Part shown: piece after piece, positions 29,076-38,458 of the stretch
Position numbering within the stretch: the first letter of the stretch is position 1
Layout of the letters: each line of letters begins with the position of its first letter
IMG/VR virus record: IMGVR_UViG_3300027759_000043
Source of the DNA: a virus
Lineage: Duplodnaviria > Caudoviricetes
Strand: one strand, 5' to 3'
Length of the DNA: 64,000 nucleotides
Made by a program: the position numbers and the translations under genes
Notes under the pieces: model-generated
Database searches by the model: none
What the model was told of the DNA's origin: nothing
What the model saw: only the letters and a program-made list of their open reading frames with translations

Positions 29076-29803
29076 CATTCAAAAAAATTGTGGGATTCGG
29101 TGACTCATGGATGTACGGTGATGAGTTACTGGATCCTGTGCTAGTTCAACAACATTCAGATGCACACAGTTGTTGGCACCAAAATGATAACTATCGTAAC
29201 AGTCACAACTTCTTGGGACTGGTAGGCAAACATTACAACGTTCCTGTGGAAAATTTTGGCATAGCCGGCGGATCCATGCAGAGTTCAATTTGGACTTTTC
29301 TTTGGTGGCTAGAGCATGAGCCCAACCTCCAAGATTGTCTAGTACTTGTGGGTCACACTGACTCAGACCGCCTGAGTTTTTACAACCCCAATCACAATCA
29401 CTATGCCAATGACCCGCCCTGGAACAAGTTTATACATTCAACTTGGGTGCAATATGGATCTAGTGTGGTACCAGAAAATTTTAGATCCATGGTCAAACAA
29501 CAATTGGTGCTGACCAATTGCTCAGAATTGGCTAGACTCAATCACATGCAAACTTTATTGTTTTTTGATGGTATAGCATCCAGAAAACACATACCCATGA
29601 TGCAGTTTCACATCATGCCAGCCGACAATCAATTGGATCTGTTAACAGAGATTTGGCCTGGATTTTCAACTACCATGTGGTTCCGTGATCATCCGGGCAA
29701 TCAAAAGCGAGAACTGATCATGCCCGGAGGTCATCCCAATGAAATTGGGCATAAAATGATTGCTGACAAGTTGATTTCTACCATAGATTCTGCTACAATG
29801 TAG
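29072..29803 (+). CDS. SGNH-hydrolase-like protein
   Basis: GFGDSW, NFGIAGGS, GHPNEIGH. Confidence 0.6.
   Translation: MTFKKIVGFGDSWMYGDELLDPVLVQQHSDAHSCWHQNDNYRNSHNFLGLVGKHYNVPVENFGIAGGSMQSSIWTFLWWLEHEPNLQDCLVLVGHTDSDRLSFYNPNHNHYANDPPWNKFIHSTWVQYGSSVVPENFRSMVKQQLVLTNCSELARLNHMQTLLFFDGIASRKHIPMMQFHIMPADNQLDLLTEIWPGFSTTMWFRDHPGNQKRELIMPGGHPNEIGHKMIADKLISTIDSATM
29771..29799 (+). promoter_or_regulatory. sigma70-type promoter of the primase gene (leaderless spacing)
   Basis: TTGATT-N17-TACAAT, 6 nt before ATG 29806. Confidence 0.55.
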
Positions 29804-29805
29804 CA

Positions 29806-30795
29806 ATGCTTGATATACTGCAATATTTGCCTGCAAAACGACGACCCAGTCCACAAGGCTGGTTGAGTTTCAATGCGGTGTGTTGCGCCCATAATGGTAA
29901 TAGTCAGGACAAGCGCGGGCGTGGTGGGATCAAGGTAACTGAACAAGATTGGAGTTATCATTGCTTCAATTGCAGTTACACAGCCAGTTTTGTTCTAGGA
30001 CGCACAGTGGGTTTCAAAGCCCGAAGATTATTGAGTTGGATGGGTGTGCCCGATAACGAGATTGAAATGCTTAATCTTGAAAGTCTGCGGCATCGTAGCA
30101 TACACGGTATACTTGAAGATAGACAACGAGTATTCAATGCACTAAGTGCTATTGAGTTTGAAGAGTCAGATGACTTCCCACCTTTCTCTGAAGTGGTTAC
30201 ACCAGAAGTTCCTTACTATTGGAACTACATTCGTCGACGCGGTGTGCCAGAAGACTTCCCCATCATGACTTCTATCAAGAACGATGGCGTTCATTGGGTT
30301 AGGCCGTTTGTGTTAGTACCGTTCACATATGACAACAAGGTAGTAGGCTGGACTGCTAGATTTTTAGATGACAAACAACCCAAGTACATCAATCACTCAC
30401 AACCCGGTTATGTATTTGGCACAGACTTGCAACATGCTGACTGGCAACATGTGCTGGTGATGGAAGGCATCTTTGATGCACTTTCAATTGGTGGGCTTGC
30501 TGTGATGCACAACACCATCAGTGACAGCCAAGCAAGATTGATTCGCAGTCTTGGACGTGAAGTAACTGTGGTACCTGATCAAGATACAGCAGGTGTGGAG
30601 TTAATTGACCGTGCTGTAGAACTGGGCTGGGCCGTGAGCATACCTGAGTGGCCAGCGGGTTGCAAAGATGTTAATGACGCTGTGATAAAACTAGGCAGAC
30701 TAGGCACCTTGCTAACTATTATGTCAGCAAGAGAAACTAGTAAGATTAAAATAGAAATAAGGAAGAAGCAACTTGTTAAAAGAATACGGACTTGA
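29806..30795 (+). CDS. gp61: DNA primase (gp61-like, Zn-binding + TOPRIM)
   Basis: CCAH...HCFNC; VMEGIFDA; VVPDQD; KDVND. Confidence 0.9.
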   Translation: MLDILQYLPAKRRPSPQGWLSFNAVCCAHNGNSQDKRGRGGIKVTEQDWSYHCFNCSYTASFVLGRTVGFKARRLLSWMGVPDNEIEMLNLESLRHRSIHGILEDRQRVFNALSAIEFEESDDFPPFSEVVTPEVPYYWNYIRRRGVPEDFPIMTSIKNDGVHWVRPFVLVPFTYDNKVVGWTARFLDDKQPKYINHSQPGYVFGTDLQHADWQHVLVMEGIFDALSIGGLAVMHNTISDSQARLIRSLGREVTVVPDQDTAGVELIDRAVELGWAVSIPEWPAGCKDVNDAVIKLGRLGTLLTIMSARETSKIKIEIRKKQLVKRIRT

Positions 30796-32218
30796 TGTCC
30801 AAAGACTATTTCTAGAAATGATGTTGGAAGACGCAACAAGTTATGTGCGTGTTCAAAACATCTATAACCCACAGAACTTTGACAAAAGTTTGAGACCTGC
30901 GGCTGAGTTCATCAAAGAACACTCAGACAAACACAAGACCATGCCTGACAGGCAGCAGATTTCAGCGACCACGGGTGTTCGACTTGCACCAGTGCCGGAT
31001 TTGAATGAAGGACACTTTGACTGGTTCATGGGCGAGTTTGAAGCATTTACCCGACGTCAAGAACTTGAACGTGCTATTTTGAAATCGGCGGACTTGCTGG
31101 AAAAGGGCGAATTTGAGCCAGTGGAGAAACTGATCAAAGATGCAGTACAGATATCACTTACTAAAGACATGGGCACGGATTACTTTGCTGATCCCAAGGC
31201 TCGCATTGAGAAATACTTTAACTCGGGCGGCCAAGTAAGCACAGGTTGGCCACAACTGGATAGATTGTTGTACGGCGGATTCAGCCGTGGCGAACTAAAC
31301 ATTTTTGCCGGCGGTTCAGGTTCTGGCAAGAGTCTCGTGATGATGAACATTGCGCTAAACTGGTTGCAACAAGGACTTAGCGGTGTTTATATTACATTAG
31401 AATTGAGTGAAGAACTTACAAGTTTGAGAACTGATGCTATGTTAACAAACATGAGCACCAAAGACATTAGACGTGACATGGACACAACTGAACTTAAGGT
31501 CAAACTAGTAGCCAAGAAGTCCGGTAACTATCAGGTCAAGGGCTTGCCAGCACAGAGCAACATCAATGACATTCGCGCTTACTTGAAAGAGTATCAAATT
31601 CAGACAGGCAAGAAAGTAGACTTTGTGATGATTGACTACTTGGACTTGCTGATGCCAGTCAGTGCCAAAGTCAGTCCCAATGACTTGTTTGTTAAAGACA
31701 AGTATGTGAGTGAAGAATTGCGTAACTTGGCCAAAGAATTAGCAGTACTGATGGTTACTGCATCACAGTTGAATAGATCGGCTGTGGAAGAAGTTGAATT
31801 TGATCACTCGCATATTTCAGGTGGTATATCCAAGATCAATACTGCTGATAACGTGTTTGGTATCTTTACTAGCAGAGCAATGAAAGAGCGTGGCAAGTAT
31901 CAAATACAATGTATGAAGTCGCGCAGTTCAACAGGTGTTGGACAAAAGATTGATCTTGAATACAACATTGAAACCATGCGTATCACAGATGAAGGTGGTG
32001 ACGAAAAAGACAACTTCCGTGGAGGTGCCAAGCCCAGTATCATGGATTCAATCAAGGCCAAGAGTCAAGTTAAAACTGCCGAAGAAGGTGAATCTAGCAC
32101 ACCACCCTGGGAACGTGCCAAGCCTCGAGAAGACTTTGATCTAGAAGCACCCAAAGTCACTGCTGATGTGCAAAGTGCAAAATTAAAACAATTGCTGGGG
32201 CAAATTAAACAATCGTAA
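30773..32218 (+). CDS. gp41: Replicative DnaB-type helicase (gp41-like)
   Basis: STGW..LD, GGSGSGKS, TLELSE, IDYLDL, TASQLNR, KSR; TTG start. Confidence 0.92.
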   Translation: MLKEYGLDVQRLFLEMMLEDATSYVRVQNIYNPQNFDKSLRPAAEFIKEHSDKHKTMPDRQQISATTGVRLAPVPDLNEGHFDWFMGEFEAFTRRQELERAILKSADLLEKGEFEPVEKLIKDAVQISLTKDMGTDYFADPKARIEKYFNSGGQVSTGWPQLDRLLYGGFSRGELNIFAGGSGSGKSLVMMNIALNWLQQGLSGVYITLELSEELTSLRTDAMLTNMSTKDIRRDMDTTELKVKLVAKKSGNYQVKGLPAQSNINDIRAYLKEYQIQTGKKVDFVMIDYLDLLMPVSAKVSPNDLFVKDKYVSEELRNLAKELAVLMVTASQLNRSAVEEVEFDHSHISGGISKINTADNVFGIFTSRAMKERGKYQIQCMKSRSSTGVGQKIDLEYNIETMRITDEGGDEKDNFRGGAKPSIMDSIKAKSQVKTAEEGESSTPPWERAKPREDFDLEAPKVTADVQSAKLKQLLGQIKQS

Positions 32219-32292
32219 TATACATTGTTAATTGTGTCAATGGTTTGTCTAAAACTAATAACCGATAAATAAATCAAAGGCCACTGATAGTA

Positions 32293-32541
32293 ATGCAAAA
32301 ACGCACCCGTAGTTTGTTAGAAGAATTAGACTCAATGTATGTTGAGCGTGAGCGCCATCTAGTGATAGAAAGCCGTGCAAGCAACGTAATAGCCAGTGCT
32401 ATCAATCTGCTGGAACAAATTGACGCCACTTTTCCGCCTGAACAAGCAGAAAATCTAACTCGTAAATTGCTCAATGCTATTCGCACTAGAGATGCTGGCC
32501 GTTTTGAAAGAACAGTGAGACGTACCCATGCAGATTCATGA
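32293..32541 (+). CDS. Small late hypothetical protein
   Basis: TAAATA upstream; heads the virion-gene operon. Confidence 0.7.
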   Translation: MQKRTRSLLEELDSMYVERERHLVIESRASNVIASAINLLEQIDATFPPEQAENLTRKLLNAIRTRDAGRFERTVRRTHADS

Positions 32542-33415
32542 ACTAACCAAACGACAACTCAACGAAGTCAACATAGCAGGCCCTGGCGGTCTGGTGAACC
32601 GAGCGCAAACTGCATATCAAGCCGCAAAACAACCGGGTGCATTGGGCAGTCTAGTTAAATCTCAGCAGGCTGCACCTCCGGGTTCTAATCTATGGCAACG
32701 TGCAAAAACAGCCCTGGCATCCAATCCGCTGACCAGTTCATCGGCCCTGGCTCGCAGCCAATTTTCACAGGCACAATATGCCCAACGTACTGCGGCACAA
32801 GGAACACAAGTTGCAAAAAATCTTCAGAACAATTGGTTACAGTGGGAACAGTATTTGGCACAGACTTCGGGCATTCCCGCATTACCTCCTGCGCAGTATC
32901 GACAAACACTAGAAGATTGGTTTAAAAAGAAGGCCGTACCTGACACATATGATGCTGAGGATTTTTTAGACCCGACTGAAAACACTTTGGCCAATGCAAT
33001 CAAACAAACATTAGATCTAATAGCCGACGCCGCAGAAAAAAGCGATGCCACGGCCATGGAGAGAGAGTTTAAAGAATTGACAACGCTAATTCAACAATCA
33101 GCACAAGGTTTAACCAGCAAAGATGAGCAAGCAAAGTTAGCGGCTAGAGCACAATACAAACAAGCACAGCGCCAGGCGCAAGCCACTGGTGCCGCACAGC
33201 CACAAACCCAACAGCCACAAACCCAACAGCCACAGCAACAGGCACCCGTGGTAACGCCTGCTACGATAACACAAACTCTACAACAGTTTGGACTCAAACC
33301 CGGAACAAACTTGCAAAATTTTATACCACAAATGGTAGGTGCTGCCACAGTAGGATCAACAGGCAATGCCAACGCTGATAATCTACTCAAAGCCTTGGGA
33401 TTACAAGTACAATGA
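32528..33415 (+). CDS. Probable head-internal protein
   Basis: N-terminus MQIHEL..QLNE; Gln/Ala-rich. Confidence 0.55.
   Translation: MQIHELTKRQLNEVNIAGPGGLVNRAQTAYQAAKQPGALGSLVKSQQAAPPGSNLWQRAKTALASNPLTSSSALARSQFSQAQYAQRTAAQGTQVAKNLQNNWLQWEQYLAQTSGIPALPPAQYRQTLEDWFKKKAVPDTYDAEDFLDPTENTLANAIKQTLDLIADAAEKSDATAMEREFKELTTLIQQSAQGLTSKDEQAKLAARAQYKQAQRQAQATGAAQPQTQQPQTQQPQQQAPVVTPATITQTLQQFGLKPGTNLQNFIPQMVGAATVGSTGNANADNLLKALGLQVQ
33197..33241 (+). repeat. 15-nt tandem repeat (QPQTQ linker)
   Basis: CAGCCACAAACCCAA x2 plus a degenerate third copy. Confidence 0.85.
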
Positions 33416-35337
33416 ACTTATTTGAAGGTGGCAACGTATTTAAAGATGCTGACGGCAAACCACTCACACAACGCATCAATCAGACTGATGTGCCCAGTAC
33501 AGTAACATGGCTGGAACAACTCACAGGTCTAGAGTTTCCACGTGAACGTTGGTTGGGATCAACAGGCAAAGCACCCACATCAGGTGACTTGGATCTAGCA
33601 GTTGATGCCAGTAAAATCTCCAAAGAACAACTGGCCGCCAAGTTAGAAGCCTGGGCTCGTAGTCACGGTGAGGATCCTAGGAACTGGGTCAAGAAGTCGG
33701 GCGAAGTACACCTGCGTACTCCCATCACCGGCAGACCTGAACTTGGCTACGTACAAACAGACTTTATGTTTTTCCCCGACCTGGATTGGGGTACATTCTA
33801 CTATAATCAAACATTCCCAAGTGCCTACAAAGGCATGCATCGTGCTGTGCTAATGAGTAGCATAGCCAAACAACTGGGTCTCAAGATAGGTGCTAATGGC
33901 ATGTTCAGTCGTGCCACTAACAAATTGGTTAGTCAAGATCCTGACTACGTTGCCAAAGCCATACTAGGACCCAAAGCCACTCGAGAAGATCTGGGCAATG
34001 TAGAAAGCATTTATGCATTCCTGGCACGTGACAAAGACCGTGATGCCAAACTCCGAGACTTCCGTGATCAATTGGCACGTGACGGACTCAAAGAACCCAC
34101 ACAATTGGAAGAAAGCGGCGACGTTTACTTCTTGGCACGCCTACGTGATCGCATTGTGAACCAAGGCATGTATGCCTTGGTAGAGGCAGCCGCACCTCCA
34201 GCCGCTGCCGCACCTGTGGGTGGCAAAGCCAAGGGCATTGAGCACCTGGAAGATTACATATTTAGAAATGGCACAGCCGGTGTCAAGACAGCCCTGGCCA
34301 TTGTGGACAACTTCAAGGAAGATCCCAAGACTGCAAGCGTCAAATGGGACGGCAAGCCTGCTGTGGTATTTGGTCGCAAGCCCAGCACAGGCGAATTTGT
34401 ACTGACAGATGGATCAGGATTTGAGGCTGTGGGCTATGATGGCTTGTTTACCAGTCCCCAGGCCATTGAGGCCAACATGGCACAACGTGATGCCAGTGCC
34501 GCTGCCAAGGGCAACGTGGCCAACAGAGTTGAAACACTGTTACCAGTGTATCAAGGCATTTGGCCCTATCTTGAAGCCGCAACCCCTGAAAACTTCCGTG
34601 GTTATGTCAAGGGCGACTTGTTGTATACTACCACACCTCCTGTGGTAGCAGGCAATGTAGAATTCAAACCCAACACAGTGGAATATCGTATTCCTGTAAA
34701 AAGCAAACTAGGCACAGCAATTGCCGACAGTGACGTTGGTGTGGCAGTACACACCATGTATGCGGATGCTGGTGCTGCCAAACAACCTCTCAGCAGAGTC
34801 AAATTTAACCCTGTGCCGGGCCTGTTGTTGATTGAACCCATCTATGCTCGACCTGTGGAAATAGAAAATCCCTACGTAAAGAAAATCAAGAGTCTATTAC
34901 GAACAATGGGTCCTGCAATTGACACATTGTTCAACCCTGCAGAACTACGTGCTGCCAAGATCACTGATTTGGCCAAATTATGCGTAGATTATATCAACAA
35001 ACGTATCAATCCCGAATACCCTGCCTACACCGGAGACTTCTCAGACTTAGTGCCGGGCTTCATGAACTACTTGAAATCCACACAAACTCCGCAAAAGTTT
35101 CGCAACATTACAGAATACCTGCGTAGTCCTACTTCAAACGAGGGCGCACTGGCCGGTGCCTTTGTGTTGTTTGAATTGTTACACGATCTCAAACTGGACT
35201 TGCTGGGTAAACTGGATGCACAAGTTCCTGGCAACGAGGGATGGGTGTTTGCAACGCCAGCAGGCTATGGTAAAGCAGTAAATCGTTTTGATTTTACAGC
35301 CAGAAACCGCCAAAGAAACAACCCCACAACCACCTAA
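33412..35337 (+). CDS. Fusion of a Pol-beta-like nucleotidyltransferase and an ATP-dependent ligase-like (KxDG) domain; probable virion protein
   Basis: GS49-50..D59xD61..D117; then SVKWDG, KGD, NEGWVF, KAVNR. Confidence 0.7.
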   Translation: MNLFEGGNVFKDADGKPLTQRINQTDVPSTVTWLEQLTGLEFPRERWLGSTGKAPTSGDLDLAVDASKISKEQLAAKLEAWARSHGEDPRNWVKKSGEVHLRTPITGRPELGYVQTDFMFFPDLDWGTFYYNQTFPSAYKGMHRAVLMSSIAKQLGLKIGANGMFSRATNKLVSQDPDYVAKAILGPKATREDLGNVESIYAFLARDKDRDAKLRDFRDQLARDGLKEPTQLEESGDVYFLARLRDRIVNQGMYALVEAAAPPAAAAPVGGKAKGIEHLEDYIFRNGTAGVKTALAIVDNFKEDPKTASVKWDGKPAVVFGRKPSTGEFVLTDGSGFEAVGYDGLFTSPQAIEANMAQRDASAAAKGNVANRVETLLPVYQGIWPYLEAATPENFRGYVKGDLLYTTTPPVVAGNVEFKPNTVEYRIPVKSKLGTAIADSDVGVAVHTMYADAGAAKQPLSRVKFNPVPGLLLIEPIYARPVEIENPYVKKIKSLLRTMGPAIDTLFNPAELRAAKITDLAKLCVDYINKRINPEYPAYTGDFSDLVPGFMNYLKSTQTPQKFRNITEYLRSPTSNEGALAGAFVLFELLHDLKLDLLGKLDAQVPGNEGWVFATPAGYGKAVNRFDFTARNRQRNNPTTT

Positions 35338-35397
35338 GATTTTGCCAATTTCATAAATAAGAGTAGGGCGAGAGCCTACTTATTAGGAGATTTTAAA

Positions 35398-35829
35398 ATG
35401 GCAGTATTTACAAAAACAAACGGTACCACCCAACCAGTATTCCACATGGACACTGGCAATGCGCAAATTGTTGGAACATCCAACATTGCGGCAACGGGTT
35501 CGGTCAACTTTCAAGGACCAAAACTAGACTTTTTCTCAGTGGTGGCCAATGGTAGTTTGACAACATCTGGTAATGTTAACGGTTACATCAACAACATTTT
35601 GCAAGCAATTCAGCAAAAAGGTACAGTTGCTATGTATCAAGTTAGCCCAGCGGCACCCACAGTGTTGAACTTGGCTATCTATCCAACTGATGCTTACACA
35701 GCAACAACGCTGTTGGCTCAGGCTAACACAAGCGCAACAGTTGCGTCTGGTGGTCAAAACTTGCAGTTGAACAGTGCAGCCGGTAACGCCGTGTTCACTT
35801 CAGCCGCAAGCAACTTCGCTCCAGTCTAA
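35398..35829 (+). CDS. Abundant small structural protein (capsid decoration/tail-like)
   Basis: TAAATA plus SD AGGAG, biased codons, Ala/Thr/Asn-rich, own terminator. Confidence 0.6.
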   Translation: MAVFTKTNGTTQPVFHMDTGNAQIVGTSNIAATGSVNFQGPKLDFFSVVANGSLTTSGNVNGYINNILQAIQQKGTVAMYQVSPAAPTVLNLAIYPTDAYTATTLLAQANTSATVASGGQNLQLNSAAGNAVFTSAASNFAPV

Positions 35830-35848
35830 TCATAGACTCTGCGATCGC

Positions 35849-35879
35849 AACCCTGGATGTAAAAAATCCAGGGTTTTTT
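35849..35879 (+). terminator. Intrinsic terminator
   Basis: AACCCTGGAT-N7-ATCCAGGGTT-TTTT. Confidence 0.9.
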
Positions 35880-35898
35880 GTTGGCTGTAAATACAGCC

Positions 35899-36312
35899 AT
35901 GCCAACAAGAATACGTGTGACTACTCAATTTGACTGCACTACCACAGGAGTCACAGGACATTTTAGAACCAATGTGTTACCATTTGATGATCGAGAAGGC
36001 CAAAGTGTGACTGATTTAGAGACCTGGACCAGATCTAGAAACCAACAACGTAACTGGGAAACCATACTACAGATCATTGGCTTGTATACACAAGCACAAG
36101 ATATCACACCCACAGAACATACTGACGGAAAATGGCAATTTGAATTCTCCACTGACTTTGATGATGTGTTCAGTTCCCAAGGTGACCCATTGGGCTTGTT
36201 AAAAACAGCCTGCCGTGGTGTACCTATGTTTTATAATCTAGACACCCAACCCAAAACTGCTCAGTTGGACCCGGATCAGAACATTGAATTCACCATAGTG
36301 GACCATAAATAA
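35899..36312 (+). CDS. Hypothetical late protein
   Basis: ATG 5 nt after TAAATA. Confidence 0.7.
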   Translation: MPTRIRVTTQFDCTTTGVTGHFRTNVLPFDDREGQSVTDLETWTRSRNQQRNWETILQIIGLYTQAQDITPTEHTDGKWQFEFSTDFDDVFSSQGDPLGLLKTACRGVPMFYNLDTQPKTAQLDPDQNIEFTIVDHK

Positions 36313-36327
36313 TAGATTGGAGCACAC

Positions 36328-36591
36328 ATGGTTGACACAACTGATATCGAAAAGAAAAGTCTTGAAGCCCACGTTGAACTATGTGCTCAACGCTATACCG
36401 CTTTAGAGCAACGTATTGACGATGTCAAACAAGACACCGCAGAATTAAAAACCACCATTCAAGAAGTACATAGATTGGTGCATAAAATGAGTGACAGTCG
36501 TAACACACAATTGATTGGCTGGGGAGTGGGAATCATTGGATTCTTGACAGCAGTCATAGGATACTTGGTCACTCACTACGTACTAAAATGA
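36328..36591 (+). CDS. Coiled-coil protein with a C-terminal TM helix (holin-like architecture)
   Basis: TAAATA plus SD GGAG; TM segment LIGWGVGIIGFLTAVIGYLV. Confidence 0.55.
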   Translation: MVDTTDIEKKSLEAHVELCAQRYTALEQRIDDVKQDTAELKTTIQEVHRLVHKMSDSRNTQLIGWGVGIIGFLTAVIGYLVTHYVLK

Positions 36592-37079
36592 AAACCAGTC
36601 AAAAACTTGCGGCACTTGCTGAGCAAGAATTGCCTAAATTACTAGATCATGTGATTGTGGCAGACGGCGAGAAATACCGTGTGTTTGGCTCATATGTGTT
36701 GCGTCAAACCGTACAGGGCTATACACTGACCTATCAAGACCGCCCAGTAGGCACATTTACCAGCACCAGAAGCGCCGTGGCCTGGTGCATAGCCGACAAA
36801 AATCGCCAATATCGCTTGGCTAACGAAATACAACACTTGGATTTTACTCTGTTAAGACTACGCAACGATATTGAAACCCGTAGCGGGCAAGCCCAAAAAA
36901 GTTATGGAAATTTTTGGGAAACAGTCAGTGCCAAAGCCGCACACAAAAGATCACAAAGCCAGCAGATAGAAAATGAATTAACAAAATGTATAAATTCGGC
37001 TAAATACTGGCAACTTCGAGGAAGCAACAATGAAACTGCAAGAACTGGCCGTAACACGCCCTACAAAACAAATCGCTAA
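36588..37079 (+). CDS. Hypothetical protein
   Basis: 163-aa ORF coupled by ATGA. Confidence 0.7.
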   Translation: MKTSQKLAALAEQELPKLLDHVIVADGEKYRVFGSYVLRQTVQGYTLTYQDRPVGTFTSTRSAVAWCIADKNRQYRLANEIQHLDFTLLRLRNDIETRSGQAQKSYGNFWETVSAKAAHKRSQSQQIENELTKCINSAKYWQLRGSNNETARTGRNTPYKTNR

Positions 37080-37917
37080 AGTATTCGAGAGTCACTTTGA
37101 CCAACGCTTATCTTTTGATTCAATGAATCGCAACCAAGTGCGTGGCATGCTCAATCGTGTGCGTGGCCTGGTCAACGAACACCGTGCAAGCCCTGCATTT
37201 CATTATAGCGAAAAGAATCCTGCCTATCTCAAACTCATGATGATGGAACAGGCTCTAACACAACAATTGCAAGAGTTTGGTGCTACTCCAGCCACTGGTG
37301 CTCCAGGCGCTCCTGGTGCTACTGCCGCTTTGTCTACTGTACAACAACAGCAGAAAAAGAAACAGATGCAGGACGAAATCAAACAAAAGCAAAAAGAAAT
37401 TCAAGACTTGCAAAAGGCCATGATGAACCCGACAATGGCAGCAGAAAACAACACAGGCAACTTCTTGCGTGAATCAGAAATTCAACAAGCACAAGTTGTG
37501 TTGGCCGCACAAGACATGGTCGACCGTGTGCAGAAAATGCTGGAAGACACAACAGAAATGCAATTTAAAGAATTACCTGCCTTGGTTGATTCTATTAAAA
37601 ATGAAGTTGGTATGGATCAAGCCGCACAGTTTAACGCAGATGCTGCCGCCGCACTGTCGGGACTTGTACAAAATCTACAGGCCAGCAAAGGTCAATTGGA
37701 AGCCGCACTGGGTGTGGTAACTGGTACCGGTGGTGGTGCTGTTGTACCTGGAGCCGAAATGGGCGCAGACATCGGTGCTGAAATGGGCGCAGACATGGGT
37801 GCCGAACTAGGCGCAGAGGCTGGGCTTGATGCCGCTGCCGCTGATGCAGGCGCTGAACTTGAACCAGAACCCGAAGCCACTACACCAGCCGCCAGTTTGG
37901 GCCGCGGACGTAGATAA
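37030..37917 (+). CDS. Probable prohead core/scaffold-like protein
   Basis: MKLQEL start, coiled coil, acidic Gly/Ala tail; TAAATA plus SD GAGG. Confidence 0.5.
   Translation: MKLQELAVTRPTKQIAKVFESHFDQRLSFDSMNRNQVRGMLNRVRGLVNEHRASPAFHYSEKNPAYLKLMMMEQALTQQLQEFGATPATGAPGAPGATAALSTVQQQQKKKQMQDEIKQKQKEIQDLQKAMMNPTMAAENNTGNFLRESEIQQAQVVLAAQDMVDRVQKMLEDTTEMQFKELPALVDSIKNEVGMDQAAQFNADAAAALSGLVQNLQASKGQLEAALGVVTGTGGGAVVPGAEMGADIGAEMGADMGAELGAEAGLDAAAADAGAELEPEPEATTPAASLGRGRR
37750..37821 (+). repeat. 24-nt degenerate tandem repeat x3 (GAEMGAD[I/M])
   Basis: GGAGCCGAAATGGGCGCAGACATC / GGTGCTGAAATGGGCGCAGACATG / GGTGCCGAACTAGGCGCAGAGGCT. Confidence 0.8.
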
Positions 37918-38255
37918 TGCGTATCGACGAAGTTGGCAACGGCCGGTCAGATGACACAGCCGCTCGACTTTTAGGCTTGGCTGAATTCCTGTTGGGTCGT
38001 GCAAAAGACACAGGTGGCCAAAAACAAATCGGCATGCAGACTTTTTTAAATCTGGCCAAAAATATGCAGATCGATCTTACGCCCGAAATTCTTCAAAACA
38101 TGGCCAGCCAGGCACCACTGAGTGGAGTGTTCATGCCCATTGAACCCAATTCCGGTGTGATCAAATTCAAAGGCAACGATTCTGGTCCTGTGCCCATGCC
38201 AGTAAACAAGGCGCAAGACATTGTTGCCTCTGCGGCAAAACGGGCAATGAAATAA
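37917..38255 (+). CDS. Probable head-internal protein
   Basis: MRIDEV start; coupled to the upstream gene. Confidence 0.55.
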   Translation: MRIDEVGNGRSDDTAARLLGLAEFLLGRAKDTGGQKQIGMQTFLNLAKNMQIDLTPEILQNMASQAPLSGVFMPIEPNSGVIKFKGNDSGPVPMPVNKAQDIVASAAKRAMK

Positions 38256-38279
38256 AACTCAAATGTAGTCAACCATTAG

Positions 38280-38308
38280 TTGACACAACCGGTTAAATAG
38301 TGTATACT
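38280..38308 (+). promoter_or_regulatory. Dual promoter of the iscU operon
   Basis: TTGACA-N17-TATACT with TAAATA (38294-38299) inside the spacer. Confidence 0.7.
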
Positions 38309-38326
38309 CAACTGTAGGAGGCATAT

Positions 38327-38458
38327 ATGAAACTGCGTAAATTAAGAGATAAATTATATCAAGCAATCTTCAAACATGATAGTGCTAAAGAAAAAAAGAT
38401 TTGGTTCAAGATTCTTCGAAAATCTACCAAACACAAACACACCGAGGACATACGATAA
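38327..38458 (+). CDS. 43-aa basic microprotein (not in ORF track)
   Basis: SD AGGAGG; MKLRKLRDKLYQAIFKH...; TAATG coupling to iscU. Confidence 0.65.
   Translation: MKLRKLRDKLYQAIFKHDSAKEKKIWFKILRKSTKHKHTEDIR

Noticed and set aside
33197-37821. 15-nt and 24-nt tandem repeats as phase-variation or mobile-element signals
   Set aside because: Both are in-frame multiples of three encoding low-complexity linkers.
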